64,000 nt of DNA from Methanomicrobiales archaeon (GCA_037137755.1 JBAXJR010000004.1:1-64000); one strand, 5' to 3'. Shown: positions 29,842 through 40,911, numbered from the stretch's first letter. The notes: generated by a model not told the origin, from the sequence alone. Numbers and translations are program-made.

Positions 29842-30717
29842 ATCCTGTTTTTTAACCCTGTTTTGTTCATTTTTTTTCATCTCCCCAAGCGAGGCTTCCG
29901 GGTGACTCCGGAGATAATCTGCCTGTTCCGGTGAATGAAGAAGTGTGCATCTGCTGCAGTTCCAGACGGTGCCGCCGTTTGAACCGTTTACCCACTGGCC
30001 AAGGGTTTCATCTTTACAGGGGTAAAACGGGCAATAACAGTAATCACATCGCTGGCCGGGAAAATGGCACGGATAATAGGGGCATTCCCCGGGACGCCAC
30101 AGGACAAAGTGACCGCCTCCCAGCCGGGAATAAACATACAGGGCCGGACCGTTTCCACGGTCTTCCTTATGTAATGCATGCGGAAGACCGAACAGGATGC
30201 TCTCATACACGCGCCAACCCGCCTCTGATTGAAGTCCTGCCTCCTTGTGGCGGGACTCCCCTTCGGATGCCACCATGACATGGTCATCTGTTGTGGACGA
30301 TACCGGAAGCCCCATGTTGATGAGGGCCATCGCTTTTGCACTGGTTACGGTAACGATCATCTGCAGGAGTGCATTCTCTGCAAGTCCTTCCCCCGAATAT
30401 GCTATTATCGCGACCTGGTCCGGCTGGTCGTCAACACCGGCGGAGGCCTGGATAAAGACGGTGGTATAATCGTACTGGACAATACAAAGACGCCTGATAT
30501 CATTTCCCGCAACCAAGCCGAAAAAATCCACTGGAAGGCCCTCACGGCTGACCTGGCGTGTTATCTCCCTGCATGGGTCCCCATGCGGCACATGAGTCTC
30601 TCCGGGGCTGTAAAGTACTACCGTTGACACGGGACAAAGGCCACCGCAGGGTCCGGTACTCGCGGCAGAAAATGGGCCCCTGATAAAAAGAGTATCCTTC
30701 CTGGTATAATATCTCAT
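29833..30717 (-). CDS. CbiZ-like domain fused to a Cys-rich small domain
   Basis: N-terminal CbiZ-like fold (ASTG..GG, AKAMAL, TTDD); C-terminal CPYYPCH..CDYCYCPFYPC..WNCSRCTLLH. Confidence 0.7.
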   Translation of the reverse strand: MRYYTRKDTLFIRGPFSAASTGPCGGLCPVSTVVLYSPGETHVPHGDPCREITRQVSREGLPVDFFGLVAGNDIRRLCIVQYDYTTVFIQASAGVDDQPDQVAIIAYSGEGLAENALLQMIVTVTSAKAMALINMGLPVSSTTDDHVMVASEGESRHKEAGLQSEAGWRVYESILFGLPHALHKEDRGNGPALYVYSRLGGGHFVLWRPGECPYYPCHFPGQRCDYCYCPFYPCKDETLGQWVNGSNGGTVWNCSRCTLLHSPEQADYLRSHPEASLGEMKKNEQNRVKKQDLF

Positions 30718-30735
30718 GAAAACCCAGGGTTTCGT

Positions 30736-31098
30736 TTATGCTACGGTATAACGGACCCGGTCCTTCAATTCCTGCTGTTTACCCGCATTCCATCCGGAAA
30801 CGTCCTGGAGGTAACCGGTGACCCGGCTTATCTGGACGACATCGTGAGACCCGCATTCCGGGCAGACGGCGGCCCGGCAGAGCGGGCAATAATCGATCCC
30901 GGAAAGGATCTCGTGGGAGCAGTGACAGTGGTCAAGGGGGCACATAATTTCGAGGTGTTCCTCGCCACACTTCGGGCACGGTGTCTCATCGACAATAAGG
31001 TGGCAGGTATGACACTTGTATCTGCGTTCGGCTCCGGGAATATCTTCGAGGTGCGGGTATTTTTCTGCAATTTTTCTCTGGTCTGCGGTCCAATCCAT
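30736..31098 (-). CDS. Small NrdD-like protein: Zn ribbons plus glycyl-radical motif
   Basis: CHTC, CPKC, CPLC, CPEC and [20 protein letters not shown], as in class III RNR C-termini. Confidence 0.8.
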   Translation of the reverse strand: MDWTADQRKIAEKYPHLEDIPGAERRYKCHTCHLIVDETPCPKCGEEHLEIMCPLDHCHCSHEILSGIDYCPLCRAAVCPECGSHDVVQISRVTGYLQDVSGWNAGKQQELKDRVRYTVA

Positions 31099-31205
31099 AC
31101 TATCAGATAGAATGCCATCCTTTTAAACTTTTAGACCGTTCAGGGAGAGTTTCCGCCTCAGTTAACTCATAGGGTTCATCTTTTTTTATCAGTCTTCCTT
31201 TCTCA

Positions 31206-31841
31206 TCATTGGCGGATACCTGCAAACTGTAATACAGCTTCTTCCGGATCTTCTGCTTCGTAGATAGCCCGGCCGATAATAATCCCATCCACAATCCCTG
31301 CAATTGATGAAATATCTCCTCCCTGTGCCCCTACACCAGGGGAATAAATTTTCAGATCGCCGATAAGCCCCTTCAGGGTAGCAACGCGCTCAGGCCTGGT
31401 TGCCGGGGCAATAATGCCCTCCGCCCCGCACTCTTTCGCGAGTACGGCAATCCTCTCTGCGATGCCACCATGAAAGAATTCTGTGGCCCCTGGATGGCTC
31501 ATCTCGGTCACCACGAAGCAGTCACCGCCGTACTCCCTGGCAACCTCAACGCACGCGGTGACGGAGTCACGGCCGGTAAAACCGTGGCTGATCAATGCGT
31601 CATAACCTGACGTGAATACCTCTTCTGCGATAAGCCTGCTGGTATTGGGGATGTCTGCAACTTTAAAATCTGCGATCAGGGGGAGGTCAAGGTCGCCAAG
31701 TTCTTCGGCAACTGAAAGCCCGGCTGCCAGGACGAGGGGATAGCCCACCTTCACCGCATCAATATGCGGTGCGCAGCGGGTGGCAATTGCTATTGCTTTG
31801 CGTTTGTCCGTCACATCGAGTGCGAGTATCAGCGAGGTCAT
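31206..31841 (-). CDS. pyrF: Orotidine-5'-phosphate decarboxylase
   Basis: LILALD, DFKVADIPNT, EMSHPG, PGVGAQGG, IIGRAIY; ATGA overlap at 31841. Confidence 0.96.
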   Translation of the reverse strand: MTSLILALDVTDKRKAIAIATRCAPHIDAVKVGYPLVLAAGLSVAEELGDLDLPLIADFKVADIPNTSRLIAEEVFTSGYDALISHGFTGRDSVTACVEVAREYGGDCFVVTEMSHPGATEFFHGGIAERIAVLAKECGAEGIIAPATRPERVATLKGLIGDLKIYSPGVGAQGGDISSIAGIVDGIIIGRAIYEAEDPEEAVLQFAGIRQ

Positions 31842-32782
31842 GATTCCAGCCTCTCGAGCACCGCTGCAACCATGAACGGGAGGAGGACCGTTGCATCGCC
31901 ATAGACCGTCACGGCTGATGCCTCCTCGGTGATCTTGCCCCATGAACGGGCCTCATCAAGCGTGGCCCCTGAAAGGCCGCCGAGGTCAGGGCGGTCACCT
32001 GTCAGCTGGACCGCGTGGGAGAAACCGTTCTCGGTCATAAGCATACTCTGCAGGATATAATTTTTCGGCACGCCACCCCCGACAAGCATTGCTCCTGCTT
32101 TTTTTGCCGTAAAGCAGCGGTCGAGCAACATCGGCATATCCTTAAACGCGTCCACGGTGACGTGTCCGGTCTGGGAAAACAACCAGTACTGGAGACCTAT
32201 CATGGAGTCCTGGATTGCAGGACAGAATACCGGGACCGATCTGTTTGAAGCTGTTGCAAGGATACCGGAGTCGAGACGCGACCCGATATGGGTGAGCAGC
32301 TCGCTTATTGAGACCGTTGTTCCCTCCGGGAGCTCCGAATAAATCCCCTGCATGAACTCTTCAAATTTGATAAACGCGTTGTTCGGGAGGTAGACATCGT
32401 AGATCCGGTTTATCTCCTCGTGCCTCAGTTCTACGTCCGAACATCCGGCATCGCCGTGGTAATGGCGGCAGCCGATCGCCTCGATAATGTCGTGGGTAAG
32501 GTTCGCGCCGGTCGAGACAAGGACGTCGATATGTCCTGCTTCTATAAGATCCCTGACTATCCCGCCCATGCCCGCAGGCACCATGGCCCCCGCAAGACCA
32601 AAAAATTTCGTTACATCGGGGTCACGGAGCATTTTTTCGTAAATGCAGACGGCACGGTACAGTGCACCGCCATTGTATGCTCCCGCCTGCCCCATCTGTT
32701 CGGCAAGTTCTCCTACGGTCATTCCTGCTTTCAGGCATACCTGCCTGACCGGCACACGGCATTCGTGACTCAATGGACTCAC
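31838..32782 (-). CDS. dys: Deoxyhypusine synthase
   Basis: STGANLTHD, GGGVPKN, GGLSGATLDEARSWGK. Confidence 0.93.
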   Translation of the reverse strand: MSPLSHECRVPVRQVCLKAGMTVGELAEQMGQAGAYNGGALYRAVCIYEKMLRDPDVTKFFGLAGAMVPAGMGGIVRDLIEAGHIDVLVSTGANLTHDIIEAIGCRHYHGDAGCSDVELRHEEINRIYDVYLPNNAFIKFEEFMQGIYSELPEGTTVSISELLTHIGSRLDSGILATASNRSVPVFCPAIQDSMIGLQYWLFSQTGHVTVDAFKDMPMLLDRCFTAKKAGAMLVGGGVPKNYILQSMLMTENGFSHAVQLTGDRPDLGGLSGATLDEARSWGKITEEASAVTVYGDATVLLPFMVAAVLERLES

Positions 32783-32852
32783 CAGATACTGGTGAATTTA
32801 TTGATCGCGTCCAAGCATAACACCTTCCCGTTTTGATGGCCTGCACCGGGGG

Positions 32853-34067
32853 TCACGGGCCCCGGCAGAGTGGTTTTGCCAGATGCCTGCGGGCGATTGG
32901 CGGGACTTCATACCACCCGGGGGTGATCGCCCGATCATGAAAGGTGATTTGTGGCTCTTTTTCATGTGCCCCGCATTTCCTGCACTTGTATCCTTTCTTT
33001 AAACCTGCACTGGTCATGCGGGCTCCACAGGAAGGACATATGGGTGGCCGCGTTGTCACGGCGGGTGCAAGTGTGAGAATGCAGAGCTTTTCGAGGTTAA
33101 TACTTCCCCCTTTATAGCTCCCGGTGACGAGGACCCGGTCCCCTGACCATAATGCACGAAGGACGTTCCGGAACCCCTTGGTCGGCTCATATGCCATGCA
33201 ACGGACAACTGTATCCCCGTTCCCGATCTCGATCGAGACATGTCCCCCTCTCCCCGTTTGTGAATGGGAACACACCGTACCACTTACACGATAGGAATAG
33301 CCCTCATTGAGTCCCCCAATCTTTCCCTCAACGAGGTGCGCATCGGTACCCTGGTTTGTAACAAAAATCTGTCCGACTCCTGTCGGCTCGGATTTCACCT
33401 GCATCCTTGCGAATGCAACCCACGACGGGCTCTCTCCACGGATCCCGAAGAGGACCGGGTCAGGTGTATGCGGGACACAGACTACGCAGTTATTTTCGAC
33501 ATCGACCGTATCCCAGGTGTGCGGGAAGGTGGACGCCTCGGCATCAAACAGGCTTTCCCGGTCGACAAATCTCGGGGTACCAAAGGTGTCGCTATCCCGG
33601 TATGCCAGGTATTCGTATGTCCTGTCCGGGACCACACTGCATACCGCAGCGGTTGCCCCGATAAGTCCCCTGCCATTTTTAAAGCCTTTATAGCGGGCCC
33701 CTGCGGCCTCGAGGACTGCCACCGCTTCTTCAGTGGTACAGAAGTCCCGCACTGCTTTCCAGTAAAAATCCGGTGCAGGGCGATTTTCCACGGCCACTAC
33801 ACCGGGATTTGTATTTTCGTGTGAAAAATGGGCAAGTCCGGCTACCATATCGCAGGCGATCTCAAACACCCGGTCTGTATCTCCATCTACCTCCAGGCAG
33901 ATCGCTGCATTTCCCCGCGTCTTGTAGATCACGTTCGGGTTCAGGCGGAGGAGCCTTGCTTCCCGTACTGGCATATGCATTGTTATCAGTCGCCTGGCCA
34001 GCAGTGCCCCGAGATAGGTGGTGCACATGCCGGAAGGTGAATCCGTATCGTCAACGCCGAGAAGCAT
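32853..34067 (-). CDS. tiaS: tRNA(Ile2) agmatinylcytidine synthetase
   Basis: GVDDTDSPSGMCTTY, RLNPNVIYKTRGN, TNQGTDAH, C-terminal Zn ribbon, RRHLAKPL. Confidence 0.95.
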   Translation of the reverse strand: MLLGVDDTDSPSGMCTTYLGALLARRLITMHMPVREARLLRLNPNVIYKTRGNAAICLEVDGDTDRVFEIACDMVAGLAHFSHENTNPGVVAVENRPAPDFYWKAVRDFCTTEEAVAVLEAAGARYKGFKNGRGLIGATAAVCSVVPDRTYEYLAYRDSDTFGTPRFVDRESLFDAEASTFPHTWDTVDVENNCVVCVPHTPDPVLFGIRGESPSWVAFARMQVKSEPTGVGQIFVTNQGTDAHLVEGKIGGLNEGYSYRVSGTVCSHSQTGRGGHVSIEIGNGDTVVRCMAYEPTKGFRNVLRALWSGDRVLVTGSYKGGSINLEKLCILTLAPAVTTRPPICPSCGARMTSAGLKKGYKCRKCGAHEKEPQITFHDRAITPGWYEVPPIARRHLAKPLCRGP

Positions 34068-34120
34068 GCAAATAACCTATTATTTATTGTATCACGTACT
34101 AAATCCATTCCTAACGGTAA

Positions 34121-35035
34121 ATGACACAGGACCGGCTCCTCCAGATGGTCATCAGCGTGATGATCTCGGGGGGTTATCTCGTCTCCGAACGGTTCAGCAT
34201 GCGGCCGAGGAGTTTTGATCTCATCGCGAGCAACGGGAAGATGACGCTCGCGATAAAAGTCGTGTCCCACATTGATAGTGTCAGCGAGGATACAGCTTCC
34301 GACCTTGAGCTGGTCGCACGCCATCTCAAGGGTTCTGCGATTATTATCGGAGAGCGGGCAAGGGATGCGGAACTCGAGCGTGGCGCCGTATATCTCCGGT
34401 ACGGGATCTATGCGATCAGCGTTTCAACGCTCTACGATTACGTGGTCGAGGCGATCCCACCACTGATTTATGCATCGCCCGGGGGGCTTTACGTCGCGAT
34501 TAATGGAGATGCACTCCGTGAGCAGAGGGAACGGCGTTGCATGTCGCTCGGGGACCTCGGCCATCTCCTCGGGGTATCCAGGCGGACGATCAGCAAGTAT
34601 GAAAGCGGTATGGGGACAACGCTCGAAGTTGCCCAGAAGATAGAAGAACTGTTCGACAGCGGGCTCGTGCAGTCCATCGACCTGCTTCAGCCGCACGGGG
34701 AGTCCAAAGAACGGGTGGAAAACCCTGTCAGGGAGGTGCCGATGAGTTTCCTCGAGCAAATCGGGATGAAACTGCATACCCTCCAGCGGGCACCGTTCCA
34801 GGCCCTCATCACCTTCCATGACCACACGATCCTGACAGGATATGGCACGGCTGATCGTGTAGTAAGGCGCGCTGCATTGATCGGGAACATCTCACAGGTG
34901 ACTGGTACCAGGGCCATGTGCGTCCTCACCGATTACTATAAACAGAAAAAAATCGGGAAAACCCTGGTTATCGGTGAGGAACGCCTCCATCACATTGCAG
35001 ACGGCGAAGAACTGATCGAAATGATCGATAAGTGA
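34121..35035 (+). CDS. Conserved archaeal HTH transcriptional regulator (COG1395-like)
   Basis: [32 protein letters not shown]; usual position between tiaS and the thermosome gene. Confidence 0.85.
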   Translation: MTQDRLLQMVISVMISGGYLVSERFSMRPRSFDLIASNGKMTLAIKVVSHIDSVSEDTASDLELVARHLKGSAIIIGERARDAELERGAVYLRYGIYAISVSTLYDYVVEAIPPLIYASPGGLYVAINGDALREQRERRCMSLGDLGHLLGVSRRTISKYESGMGTTLEVAQKIEELFDSGLVQSIDLLQPHGESKERVENPVREVPMSFLEQIGMKLHTLQRAPFQALITFHDHTILTGYGTADRVVRRAALIGNISQVTGTRAMCVLTDYYKQKKIGKTLVIGEERLHHIADGEELIEMIDK

Positions 35036-35040
35036 CAATG

Positions 35041-35048
35041 TTTATATA
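35041..35048 (+). promoter_or_regulatory. TATA box of the thermosome gene
   Basis: TTTATATA ~45 nt upstream of ATG 35090; GGTGA Shine-Dalgarno at 35080-35084. Confidence 0.65.
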
Positions 35049-35089
35049 GAACCACAAACCAACTTTTACCGCTCAAAGTGGTGAAAACT

Positions 35090-36745
35090 ATGTCACAACA
35101 GCTTGGAGGACAACCGATTCTGATTCTAAAAGAGGGTAGTTCACGTACCCGCGGCCGCGATGCCCAGGGCATGAACATTACTGCTGCCAAGGCAGTAGCA
35201 AGTGCAGTACGCACCACTCTCGGTCCAAAAGGAATGGACAAGATGCTCGTCGACACCATCGGGGATGTCGTCATCACCAATGACGGTGTGACCATTCTCA
35301 AAGAGATGGACATCGAGCACCCAGCGGCAAAGATGATGGTCGAGGTCGCGAAGACCCAGGATGACGAAGTAGGCGATGGGACAACCACAGCCGTCGTTAT
35401 AGCAGGCGAACTCCTGAAACGTGCGGAAGACCTCCTTGAACAGGACGTCCACCCAACCGTTATTGCAGCAGGGTACCGCATGGCCGCCGAAAAGGCACAG
35501 GAGATCTTAAAAGAGATTGCCATCACCATCAAGCCCGGTGACATTGCAATGCTCAAGAAGATCGCCGAGACCGCCATGACCGGTAAGGGCGCAGAAGCAT
35601 CAAAAGACAAGCTCTGTGACCTCGTCGTCAAGGCAGTCACTATGGTTGCGGACGCAGACGGCACAGTCGACACCGATTATATCAAGGTGGAGAAGAAAGT
35701 CGGCGGTTCAATCGACGATTCCGAGATTGTTGAGGGAGTCCTGATTGACAAGGAGAGAGTCCACCCTGCAATGCCCAAGAAGGTAACCAAGGCAAAGATC
35801 CTCCTCCTTAACGCAGCAGTCGAGTTCAAGAAGACCGAAGTCGACGCAGAGATCAATATTACAAGCCCCGACCAGCTCCAGGCATTCCTCGACGAAGAGG
35901 AACGCATGATCCGGAACATCGTCGATAAGGTTGCAGCGAGCGGCGCAAACGTGCTCTTCTGCCAGAAGGGTATCGATGACATCGCACAGCACTACCTCTC
36001 AAAGGCAGGTATCTTTGCGGTACGCCGTGTCAAGAAGAGCGACATGGAGAAACTCGGTCGTGCGACAGGTGCAAACCTTGTCTCAAGTATCGATGCCATC
36101 TCCAAGGAAGAGCTCGGACACGCCGGCCTCGTCGAGGAGAAGAAGGTATCCGGCGAAGAGATGATCTTTGTCGAACAGTGTAAGAACCCGAAGGCAGTAT
36201 CGATCATTATCCGCGGTGGCACTGAGCATGTCGTCGACGAACTTGACCGTGCCATGGAAGATGCACTCCGCGTCGTCAGCGTTGTCGTTGAAGATGGAAA
36301 GTGCGTTGCCGGTGGCGGAGCACCCGAGACAGAACTCTCGCTCCGTCTCCGTGAGTATGCCGCAAGTGTTGGTGGCCGTGCACAGCTCGCCATCGAGGCA
36401 TTTGCAAATGCACTCGAGATCATCCCGAGGACTCTTGCAGAGAATGCAGGACTCGACCCGATCGACATGCTTGTCGAGATCCGTGCAGCCCACGAGAAGG
36501 GCAAGAAGACTTTCGGCCTCGATGTATTCGAAGGCAAGACTGTCGACATGCAGAAGGCCGGCGTCGTCGAGCCCCTGCGTGTAAAGACCCAGGCAATTGC
36601 CAGCGCTGCAGAAGCAGCCATCATGATCCTCAGGATCGATGATGTAATCGCCTCATCCAAATCTGCAGCCCCTGAAGGCATGCCACCAGGTGGCATGGGT
36701 GGAATGGGCGGCATGGGTGACATGGGCGGAATGGGCGACTATTAA
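35090..36745 (+). CDS. thsA: Thermosome (group II chaperonin) subunit
   Basis: [28 protein letters not shown]-rich C-tail. Confidence 0.97.
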   Translation: MSQQLGGQPILILKEGSSRTRGRDAQGMNITAAKAVASAVRTTLGPKGMDKMLVDTIGDVVITNDGVTILKEMDIEHPAAKMMVEVAKTQDDEVGDGTTTAVVIAGELLKRAEDLLEQDVHPTVIAAGYRMAAEKAQEILKEIAITIKPGDIAMLKKIAETAMTGKGAEASKDKLCDLVVKAVTMVADADGTVDTDYIKVEKKVGGSIDDSEIVEGVLIDKERVHPAMPKKVTKAKILLLNAAVEFKKTEVDAEINITSPDQLQAFLDEEERMIRNIVDKVAASGANVLFCQKGIDDIAQHYLSKAGIFAVRRVKKSDMEKLGRATGANLVSSIDAISKEELGHAGLVEEKKVSGEEMIFVEQCKNPKAVSIIIRGGTEHVVDELDRAMEDALRVVSVVVEDGKCVAGGGAPETELSLRLREYAASVGGRAQLAIEAFANALEIIPRTLAENAGLDPIDMLVEIRAAHEKGKKTFGLDVFEGKTVDMQKAGVVEPLRVKTQAIASAAEAAIMILRIDDVIASSKSAAPEGMPPGGMGGMGGMGDMGGMGDY

Positions 36746-36801
36746 ATCCATTTCCCTAATATCTTTTTAATCCTGACTGTTACCGGTACCAGACCGGATT
36801 T

Positions 36802-37560
36802 TTAATTTTTTGCAACAGGTTGAATTTCCTGCAAAACTTTTCGCGACAGATAACTGGCGTAAATATCAGGACATATAAAAATTCCTGTCAATCTACCGTT
36901 ATCTTCCAGGACCGACAGGGACTCCCGGCGGTCAGCCATCAATAACAATTTCATCGAGAGCCCGATGTTTTCTCCCTCTTCGTGTTGAAAGAGGGACACC
37001 GCAATATCACTCCCGCCAACATAGCATTTTATTGGAGCAAATCCGGCAAGTTCCTTTCTTCCGACAACAAGATACACAGGAACCCGTTTTGCCGCACGTG
37101 AAATATCACGGCCATACCTGGTGAGAAATTCTTTATCGTTGCAGAGCAGGATAATTTCTGATTTCGCCCGACGCAGGATCATCCGAATCTGATTGTCCCT
37201 GGTCCACTCTGTAAACAGTTTATATCCCTGCATGAGCGGTTCCGGGGTTTCGGTTTCCAGGGCTTTCAGCCGCTCATACAATCCTTCAAGAGACCTCACA
37301 GATTCCCGTCTAAGCCGCTCAAACGTCTGGATGACATCAACAGGCGAGTACCGCACTGGCGACTTACTGGAAGCGACAATAAACCCTTTCCCGCCTAACG
37401 AGGTAAGTGTTTCATAGATTCTGCCACGGGGGATTTTCGTCTGTTCGTGAATTTCACGGGCACTTGCCACCCGCAACGCTGAGAGAATCACGTACACCTT
37501 CGCCTCGTATTCACTCATCCCTATCCCTTTTAGTTGCGAAAGTAACGAGTCATCAATCAT
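36802..37560 (-). CDS. TrmB-family transcriptional regulator
   Basis: GMSEYEAKVY...IPRGRIYETLTSL..KGF; divergent from the MFS gene. Confidence 0.88.
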   Translation of the reverse strand: MIDDSLLSQLKGIGMSEYEAKVYVILSALRVASAREIHEQTKIPRGRIYETLTSLGGKGFIVASSKSPVRYSPVDVIQTFERLRRESVRSLEGLYERLKALETETPEPLMQGYKLFTEWTRDNQIRMILRRAKSEIILLCNDKEFLTRYGRDISRAAKRVPVYLVVGRKELAGFAPIKCYVGGSDIAVSLFQHEEGENIGLSMKLLLMADRRESLSVLEDNGRLTGIFICPDIYASYLSRKVLQEIQPVAKN

Positions 37561-37623
37561 ATTCTTAGCTACTATATTCAGGAGCACTTTCTTAATATCC
37601 TGTCCTTGGCGATTAGATAAGAC

Positions 37624-38880
37624 ATGATTGCCACCCGGTTTAAACCAACAAAATGGACATTGCTTTTTCTCATGCTTGCAGCCATGATGATTCTCATGGG
37701 GGGTGCAGCGGTTGCTCCGGCTTTGCCATTAATCAGCCAGGCATTTCCCGACACCACTGATGCCTCAATCTCCTTAATTGTAACGCTTCCCGCTCTTGCA
37801 ATTGCGATCACGGGAATATTCATCGGGGTTCTTTCGGATAAAGTCGGCAAAATTCCCGTCCTTGTCACCTCAGTTGTTATCTTCACCATCGCGGGAAGTT
37901 CCGGATATTATCTCACCACGATACCTGCAATATTAGCTGGCAGGTTTATCCTTGGGATCGGCATTGCCGGTATCATCTGCACCACCTCGGCCCTTATTGT
38001 CTGTTATTACGAGGGGACTACCCGCGCCCAGGTCCTCGGTTACCAGGCCGCTGCAATGGGTGTCGGGGTATTAATTCTTGAAACAAGCGGGGGATTACTT
38101 GCCGGTATTTCCTGGCGTTCATCGTTCCTTATTTACCTGCTTGGCATAGTCATTCTCGCCGGGATTCTCTTAACGATGAAAGAGCCCGCCCGGCCGGTCA
38201 TTCTGGAGGGAACGGTAGAACCCGGTGAAACAGTGGCTGAAGCCAAGGAAACCATCCCTGTTATCCCCCTCGTCCTGGCAAATGCAACCCTGTTCATAGG
38301 TAACCTGCTCTTCTTCCTGATGCCTACCAAGTTCCCCTACCTGATTGCAAATATGGATGCAGCACGGATATTAGGCGAAAATACCGCACTTACTGCCGGG
38401 TTATTCCTGGGAATCGGGGGCTGTGCCTCAGCAGTCCTGGGGATCTTTTATGGGAGAATTGCCTGGAGATTCCACCGGTACACGATCCTCACTGTTACCC
38501 TTCTTGCCTTTGGACTCGGCCTGTGCATTCTTGGGTTTGCCACGTCTCTTGTCATGGTCGGGTGCGCAGTGATCCTGGTCGGTATCGGTGAGGGCCTTCT
38601 GATGCCGACGATCTTAACCTGGATTGCCGCAATCACACCACGGCAGTTCCTCGGGAGGGCAATGGGCGGGTTCTCAGTATCCCTTAACCTCGGCCAGTTT
38701 GCCTCCGCAATTGCCGTAGTGCCCGTCATCGCTCTTGTGGCAACATACAGTACTATGTTCATTGCATTCGGATGTGTGGCGTTGGTGCTCGCAGTGCCGT
38801 ATTTTCTAGCGAGGATAAAGGAAAAATATCACCTGGCACAAGCAAGCCAAAATAACCTGCCACTGGTAGCCCAAAAATAA
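37624..38880 (+). CDS. MFS transporter
   Basis: About 12 hydrophobic segments; motif A GVLSDKVGK; GRFILGIG. Confidence 0.9.
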   Translation: MIATRFKPTKWTLLFLMLAAMMILMGGAAVAPALPLISQAFPDTTDASISLIVTLPALAIAITGIFIGVLSDKVGKIPVLVTSVVIFTIAGSSGYYLTTIPAILAGRFILGIGIAGIICTTSALIVCYYEGTTRAQVLGYQAAAMGVGVLILETSGGLLAGISWRSSFLIYLLGIVILAGILLTMKEPARPVILEGTVEPGETVAEAKETIPVIPLVLANATLFIGNLLFFLMPTKFPYLIANMDAARILGENTALTAGLFLGIGGCASAVLGIFYGRIAWRFHRYTILTVTLLAFGLGLCILGFATSLVMVGCAVILVGIGEGLLMPTILTWIAAITPRQFLGRAMGGFSVSLNLGQFASAIAVVPVIALVATYSTMFIAFGCVALVLAVPYFLARIKEKYHLAQASQNNLPLVAQK

Positions 38881-39036
38881 AAGTGAAAATGGCCGGCATT
38901 CAGTATCCCATAGTATTCACCAATTTCTTTAATCCTGCGTTTCAGGTAATCATGGTCTACACTGGTTTTCGATAAAGACAAAAAGATGAAAGAATAATAG
39001 ATTATCCGGAAAAACCCATAGTTATCCGGAATTGTA

Positions 39037-39282
39037 TTACTTTTCTTCGCGGACCATTGCAATTGCCTTCTTCGGGCACTCATTGGCGCAAATTCCGCAC
39101 CCTTTACAGAACCCAAGGTCAATTTCGAACTCCTTGTTAATTGCCTGGTCAGGGCAGTACATCTCGCAAAGCCCGCACTGGTTACATTTTTCCTTGTCTA
39201 CGACAGGCCGGAATACCCGCCATGAACCTGTCTTGCCGCACGCACCAACCACCGGTTTACTCACCGCAAGCCGCTGCCTCAT
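39037..39282 (-). CDS. porD: 2-oxoacid:ferredoxin oxidoreductase delta subunit
   Basis: TGSWRVFRP, CNQCGLCEMYCP, CKGCGICANECP. Confidence 0.9.
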   Translation of the reverse strand: MRQRLAVSKPVVGACGKTGSWRVFRPVVDKEKCNQCGLCEMYCPDQAINKEFEIDLGFCKGCGICANECPKKAIAMVREEK

Positions 39283-39806
39283 AGGACCAGCTCCTGGTAC
39301 GCAGCCTCTGCAGCCTTCACGTTCCTGTCATCCGAAAACATTTCCGAGATCGCAAGCTTTGCCGAGTCCATGGATACAATCCCCATCTTTGCAAGTGCAC
39401 CGATTACCGGGGTGTTCAGGATCGGGCTACCCGCAACCACCAGGTTCAGGCGGAGTGCAATTGTGGTCAGGTCTACCGACAGTGTCTTGAAACCTTTCAT
39501 ATCATGCGGCAGGGTGCCGTTCAGGAGCACTTCCCCGCCAGGCTTAAGACCCTGCAGGACATCGACAACGTCCATGATGCTGTTATCGAGGACGACAATG
39601 AGGTCCGGTTTTTTGATCTGGCTGTATACCCTGATCGGGCTCTCGTCAATCCTCACGAACGAGACCACCGGTGCACCCCGTCGTTCCGCCCCGTAAAACG
39701 GGAAGGCTGTGGCGTACTTGTGGTCCCTGAACGCAGCAAGTGCGAGCAGCTTCGCAGCGGTGACACCGCCCTGTCCGCCCCGTGAATGGATGCGTATTTC
39801 ATACAT
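39279..39806 (-). CDS. porC: 2-oxoacid:ferredoxin oxidoreductase gamma subunit
   Basis: EIRIHSRGGQGGVT, FYGAERRGAPV. Confidence 0.9.
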   Translation of the reverse strand: MYEIRIHSRGGQGGVTAAKLLALAAFRDHKYATAFPFYGAERRGAPVVSFVRIDESPIRVYSQIKKPDLIVVLDNSIMDVVDVLQGLKPGGEVLLNGTLPHDMKGFKTLSVDLTTIALRLNLVVAGSPILNTPVIGALAKMGIVSMDSAKLAISEMFSDDRNVKAAEAAYQELVL

Positions 39807-40911
39807 CAGGGGTCACCCCGAACCAGGACTCTTCCCCGGGACGCCTGCCCCGGATGAACCCTGCAATATCGTCATAGGTCACTTCCTGACCACCAAGCCC
39901 GGCGATCACGCTGTACGGGTCAGCCCTGCACTTTGACCTGACGGCATCGGCAAGAATTCCTCCATACCCAAAGGAATAGTCGCGGTCTATCACGACGACG
40001 TCCCGGCCTTTAAGGTCAAGCTTCGGGAATGGCCGTAACCAGCGGATACGCATCGACCCGGCCTTAATTCCTTCCTTCCTTAGCAGATCTATTGAGACTT
40101 CTGCTTCTTTTCCGAGCGTCCCCATCGATACGACGACTACGTCGGCGTCCTCGCACTGGTAATCGTCGGTGACACCGTATGAACGTCCGAACCGCCGGGA
40201 AAATTCATTTTCCGTGGACTCGATGACCTTAACTGAATCACGCATCGAACGCTCGATATCCCAGCGAAACTTGAAATATTCTTCAGGTCCGGTCAGGGGG
40301 CCGTATCCCCTTGGGTTCTTCACATCAATTGCGTGAGGGAGGCGTAATGGGGGTATAAAATCTCCTAACTCCACGGTTTCAAGCGACTGGTTGATATGGG
40401 AGAGAGAAAAACCGTCAAGGTTCACCATCACCGGGAGGAGGACATCATTGTGTTCCGCGATCCGGAAGGCCATCAGGGTCGTATCATAGGCCTCCTGCAC
40501 CGTGCTGACATACACCTGCAGCCATCCCGTATCACGTTCCTGCATGGAATCGGTATGTTCGGCCCAGATGTTCCACCCTGGCCCAAGTGCCCGGTTCACA
40601 TTTGCCATGACAATCGGGAGGCGTCCGCCAGCTGCCCAGTTCACCATCTCGTGCATGTAGAGGAGACCGTGTGAACTGGTGGCCGTAAACGTCCGTACAC
40701 CGGTAATACTCGCCCCGATGCAGGCTGCCATCGCGGAATGCTCGCTCTCGACCGGGATATACTGGCTTTTCAGCTCGCCATTCGTGACATATTCGGCTAT
40801 CTGCTCGACAATTTCCGTCTGGGGGGTGATCGGATAGGCCGCAATCACTTCCGGCGAGACCTGTTTTACTGCGGCCGCCACTGCCTTGTTTCCGGTTGCA
40901 ATCGTCAGCAT
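39799..40911 (-). CDS. porA: 2-oxoacid:ferredoxin oxidoreductase alpha subunit
   Basis: AYPITPQT, VESEHSAM, TATSSHGL. Confidence 0.9.
   Translation of the reverse strand: MLTIATGNKAVAAAVKQVSPEVIAAYPITPQTEIVEQIAEYVTNGELKSQYIPVESEHSAMAACIGASITGVRTFTATSSHGLLYMHEMVNWAAGGRLPIVMANVNRALGPGWNIWAEHTDSMQERDTGWLQVYVSTVQEAYDTTLMAFRIAEHNDVLLPVMVNLDGFSLSHINQSLETVELGDFIPPLRLPHAIDVKNPRGYGPLTGPEEYFKFRWDIERSMRDSVKVIESTENEFSRRFGRSYGVTDDYQCEDADVVVVSMGTLGKEAEVSIDLLRKEGIKAGSMRIRWLRPFPKLDLKGRDVVVIDRDYSFGYGGILADAVRSKCRADPYSVIAGLGGQEVTYDDIAGFIRGRRPGEESWFGVTPDV

Noticed and set aside
34990-36723. Long antisense ORFs over the thermosome gene (and similar ones over hmgA, thiolase, tiaS)
   Set aside because: Expected by-product of codon bias in GC-rich conserved genes; no recognisable motifs.
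36675-36742. GGCATGGGT/GGAATGGGC tandem repeats
   Set aside because: They encode the normal GGM tail of chaperonins.
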